A DNA stretch of 20,000 nucleotides. Origin: an uncultured virus (IMG/VR IMGVR_UViG_3300028666_000031). Taxonomy: Duplodnaviria; Heunggongvirae; Uroviricota; Caudoviricetes. The stretch lies in IMG/VR virus record IMGVR_UViG_3300028666_000031; one strand, 5' to 3'. The notes under the pieces were generated by a model. That model searched no databases and was not told the DNA's origin. It was given only the letters and a program-made list of their open reading frames with translations. Positions 17,017 through 20,000 of this stretch are shown here, in pieces. The stretch's first letter is position 1; each line of letters starts with the position of its first letter. The position numbers and the translations under genes are program-made.

Positions 17017-17094
17017 ATGAAAATAACATTTGAACTTCCATTGTGGATTCCAATCCTTATCTTGGTAATTGTATCGCTGATATTTAACAGGTAA
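17017..17094 (+). CDS. 25-aa hydrophobic peptide MKITFELPLWIPILILVIVSLIFNR
   Basis: ATG 2 nt after the upstream stop, single TM-like segment, terminator downstream. Confidence 0.5.
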   Translation: MKITFELPLWIPILILVIVSLIFNR

Positions 17095-17123
17095 TAGTCT
17101 TTGCTTTTTCCGCTCCCTTCGGT

Positions 17124-17158
17124 CGCCGCCAGCCTCATACCCTGGCGGCGTTTTCTTT
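17124..17158 (+). terminator. Intrinsic terminator
   Basis: CGCCGCCAG-N9-CTGGCGGCG followed by TTTTCTTT. Confidence 0.8.
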
Positions 17159-17186
17159 CTAACACACGTCTGTAATCCAAAATCCT

Positions 17187-17693
17187 ATGCAACTCATCGA
17201 CCAAATCCCCATGAAACCCGAGACTCGTGAAGCCTACCGCCAAATGGAAGCGCCGGCACGGGCTTGGGCCTTAACCAAAGCCGCCTTCGAAGCCGCCGAA
17301 GAAGCCAACTTCTCCGAACAGCGTGCCGCCACGGTCGCCGCAACCGCCGATGACCCGGAACCCCCGGACTGGGAAACGATTGCCCCGCACCTCTCCCGCG
17401 CCGAAATGCATGCCAGCCTCGACCGATGGCGGGCTTGGTCGGACCGGAATAAAACGCGCATCGATGCCGCCACCAAGCCCATCGTGGCCCGGTACCCTAG
17501 AGAACTGCAGAAGCTCGCCAAGCTCGCCGAGAAGAACATGGTGGAGTGGGCCGCTGAACGCATGCTGGCCAATGTCGGCGCGGAGAGGTTCGAGCGCGTC
17601 AAACCCGCCTTCACTGCCTACCACGACGGCGACCTCTACGGCGATAAACTCAAAACCTTTCTCACTATCTGTTTTAACTGCCCCAACACATGA
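17187..17693 (+). CDS. Hypothetical protein (168 aa)
   Basis: cctATG start; ATGA overlap with the next gene. Confidence 0.8.
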   Translation: MQLIDQIPMKPETREAYRQMEAPARAWALTKAAFEAAEEANFSEQRAATVAATADDPEPPDWETIAPHLSRAEMHASLDRWRAWSDRNKTRIDAATKPIVARYPRELQKLAKLAEKNMVEWAAERMLANVGAERFERVKPAFTAYHDGDLYGDKLKTFLTICFNCPNT

Positions 17694-17959
17694 ACCTCAT
17701 CGACTACATCCAATTCACCAAGAAACCCACGGGCGATTACGACTTGGTCTATGAGCATGCCGAGATGCCCACGTTCCAATTCGCTTACTACTTCGAAGTC
17801 CTGCTCAACCCCGGCCATCCTGACCACGAAACGGTCAAGGAATTCGCCCAAGAGATTCAGGACCGGGCGCGGGAAGAGAAGATGGAAATGGGCCGCGAAT
17901 CCATGCGTCAGACACGCGCCGCCATGTCCGACGACGAATGGAGCCTCATCGTTGACTGA
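17690..17959 (+). CDS. Hypothetical acidic protein (89 aa)
   Basis: Coupled start; codon usage like neighbouring genes. Confidence 0.75.
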   Translation: MNLIDYIQFTKKPTGDYDLVYEHAEMPTFQFAYYFEVLLNPGHPDHETVKEFAQEIQDRAREEKMEMGRESMRQTRAAMSDDEWSLIVD

Positions 17960-17970
17960 ACCGGCCCTAA

Positions 17971-18020
17971 AGCATTGAGCCTCACAGCAAATCCCTTGGG
18001 CTTATCCAAGGCGCAGCTAC
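17971..18020 (-). repeat. Dispersed boundary element copy 6 (orientation B)
   Basis: AGCATTGAGCC-N23-TCCAAGGCGCAGCTAC; shares CACAGCAAATC...GGCTTA spacer sequence with copy 3. Confidence 0.9.
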
Positions 18021-18028
18021 CCAAAGTT

Positions 18029-19708
18029 ATGCAAAAGTCCAACATCAATCCCGAAATCCTCCAACAAGTATTAGAGTCTGCTAGTAATGCCGGCGATAAA
18101 GGCCAATCCCAGTTCTTCACTCCGATTGCCTTCGGCCAGCTCCTGGCCAGCGCCTTACCCAAATGCCGTCCCTCCATCGTAGACCTTACATGCGGGGCCG
18201 GGCACCTCCTGCAGGCGTCTGCAAACGAAAGCACCCTAAGCCTCTTAGGTTCTGATATCGATCCCTGTCGAATAGCACAAAAGGAAGAGGGATCCAAACT
18301 CCCGGACCTCCCGGTGGCTAAAATTGCGCATGATATCACGCTCCTGGCCCCCGTGCTCAAGGAAGTCCGCTTCCAAGCCGATTGCTTTGTCCTGAATCCC
18401 CCATGGCGCTTATACTGGCATCGTGAACGGTTAGCTTACCTACAGGAAGCCAGCCTCCCCGCTGTCCGTATGGCCTTCCAGGCAGCCGAAGACCCGCATG
18501 CTGGTGGTTGCCCCCGGGAAGCCATCGACTCCACTGTGGCCACGCTGGCGATTGCCTTGGACCTCTGTACGATCTATGGGGAAGGGTTCTTGATTGCCAA
18601 CGATTCAACCCTGCAAAGGCTGCTGTTCGCCCCGGACGCCCCGCATGCCGCCTTGGCCAAGCATGTGTGGTTACATTTGACCATCCCTGGCAATCCGATG
18701 ACCGGGATCGACGACTGCAACTTCGTCCATGGAGAGCAGTTCCACACGGGCGTCATCTACTTTGCCGCCAATCACCAGGTAGGGCCAAGGCATGTTGAGC
18801 TTGAGTTGTCCGGGTTGAAACCGGAAAACCTCCGCGACCTCCGCCAATGGAGACAAGGGGCCGAACTCCGCAACGCACCCTCCGCCATCAACTGCGCCCC
18901 CACATGGCAGACCGTCAAAGACCACTTGGTCGAACTGGCCGGGCGCACCCCCAAGGTACCCTGGAACCTATGGCTTGGCCCCAACGGAAGAATCAAGACG
19001 GCCCTGAGCCGGTTCGAGGAACGGAGTGTCAAGGTGAAGAAAGCCGAGGCCGCCAGGTTGTTTGCCTTAGCCGACCAATCCCCCATGGAGTTAGTCTTGC
19101 AGAGAGCCCAACGGGATGAACTGTTGCATGTGGCCGAGGAAGCGGGGTGGCGCGTCCAACCCGAACTCCTCGAGGCAGTCAAGGGAGCCATCCAACAATA
19201 CCATGCCGCCCGGGCACCTCTCTACGCGCTGCCCGAAATCCAGCGCTTGGGATATTTGGATGAACAAGACTCCATCGCTTGTAAAGCCGACCTCCGCTTA
19301 GGTGCCAGCGTTGCCTTTGCTGCCGGCCGCAATTATCCCTTGCGCACCCAAACCGTTCCCGTCGAACGCAAAGTCCGCAAGCCCAACCCCCAAACCGGAG
19401 ATGAGGAAGTCTTGGAACTCACCGGGCAAGAGTTGGCCATCCTCTTAAAAGTGGAGGACAACGAATACTGCTTCATGGATGCCCGCCTCCAAACCGACCC
19501 GGACACCAAAGTCCCCAACGTCAAAGCCTGCAAGCGCCGACAGCCAGGCCCTACGACCTTGAAAGACCCGAGTGCTATCGACTTCTCCTTGCAGGAATTG
19601 TGTGCACATTTTATAATCCCTGACGTACCGGACGTCGCCACCGTCAACCCCAAAGGCTATGAAAAGAACCTCGAACTGCTCAATGAACTTGAAACCGTTA
19701 CCGCCTAA
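18029..19708 (+). CDS. SAM-dependent amino (N6-adenine/N4-cytosine) DNA methyltransferase-like protein with a long C-terminal extension
   Basis: QFFTP, IVDLTCGAGHLL (motif I), GSDID, LNPPW (motif IV); ATG 18029 preferred because the TTG at 17975 lies inside the repeat. Confidence 0.85.
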   Translation: MQKSNINPEILQQVLESASNAGDKGQSQFFTPIAFGQLLASALPKCRPSIVDLTCGAGHLLQASANESTLSLLGSDIDPCRIAQKEEGSKLPDLPVAKIAHDITLLAPVLKEVRFQADCFVLNPPWRLYWHRERLAYLQEASLPAVRMAFQAAEDPHAGGCPREAIDSTVATLAIALDLCTIYGEGFLIANDSTLQRLLFAPDAPHAALAKHVWLHLTIPGNPMTGIDDCNFVHGEQFHTGVIYFAANHQVGPRHVELELSGLKPENLRDLRQWRQGAELRNAPSAINCAPTWQTVKDHLVELAGRTPKVPWNLWLGPNGRIKTALSRFEERSVKVKKAEAARLFALADQSPMELVLQRAQRDELLHVAEEAGWRVQPELLEAVKGAIQQYHAARAPLYALPEIQRLGYLDEQDSIACKADLRLGASVAFAAGRNYPLRTQTVPVERKVRKPNPQTGDEEVLELTGQELAILLKVEDNEYCFMDARLQTDPDTKVPNVKACKRRQPGPTTLKDPSAIDFSLQELCAHFIIPDVPDVATVNPKGYEKNLELLNELETVTA

Positions 19709-19961
19709 TGGACCATTTGCTGCAGCCGGACCATTTGGCTGTGGCCACACTGGTCTAGTGTCGATGTATCTTTCCAAAGATGGAAAGACTCAGTGCACGG
19801 CTTGTGCCAATGAAGCACGTGATAGTCGCCTTCGGAAGCAAGGGTGGGTCGACCTCAATAGTGGCTACATCTACTCAGGAAAACCACCACGGTGGGTCGC
19901 TTGGAGATGTGCATTCTGGGATTGGATACATCGGGGCTGCATGCCAAGGCCACGCCTTTGA
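19683..19961 (+). CDS. Hypothetical small protein (CGH...CTAC), start uncertain
   Basis: Co-oriented ORF overlapping the MTase 3' end; possible Zn ligands. Confidence 0.5.
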   Translation: MNLKPLPPNGPFAAAGPFGCGHTGLVSMYLSKDGKTQCTACANEARDSRLRKQGWVDLNSGYIYSGKPPRWVAWRCAFWDWIHRGCMPRPRL

Positions 19962-20000
19962 CTCCTAAACGTTAATCCCTGCACACGTCCGCAACCCGCT

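Noticed and set aside
6116..18020. Dispersed repeats as a CRISPR array or integron attC sites
   Set aside because: Copies are kilobases apart and in mixed orientation, lack RYYYAAC/GTTRRRY ends, and no cas or tyrosine integrase gene is present.
19710..19737. GGACCATTTG direct repeat
   Set aside because: Only two 10-bp copies, in frame within a probable ORF (GPF...GPF); likely a small coding duplication.
4495..19777. Numerous minus-strand ORFs (e.g. 7356-8051, 8637-9374, 14073-14660)
   Set aside because: Antisense shadows of well-supported + strand genes in GC-rich DNA.

Overview
A ~20 kb, almost entirely + strand gene cluster that looks like the early/leading region of a bacteriophage or other mobile element (phage-plasmid or ICE). 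No virion, conjugation, tRNA/rRNA or CRISPR sequence is recognisable. It opens with an iteron-like 9-bp repeat cluster (28-335), then a compositionally distinct block (~600-3060) with a 615-aa orphan ORF rich in co-oriented GGGCAGGG/GGGCACG words. About 35 mostly small hypothetical genes follow, punctuated by intrinsic terminators. Recognisable genes are a ParB/Spo0J-family gene interrupted by one in-frame TAG (10519-10521), a C5 cytosine DNA methyltransferase, a serine recombinase and an N6/N4-type DNA methyltransferase. The most striking unexplained structure is a dispersed ~55-bp bipartite element (CTTGCAGCATTGAGCC-N22-24-TCCAAGGCRCAGCT(T)AC). It occurs six times, in both orientations and always at gene boundaries; copies bracket parB and the methyltransferase+recombinase module. 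All family calls are from motif recognition by eye, not database searches.
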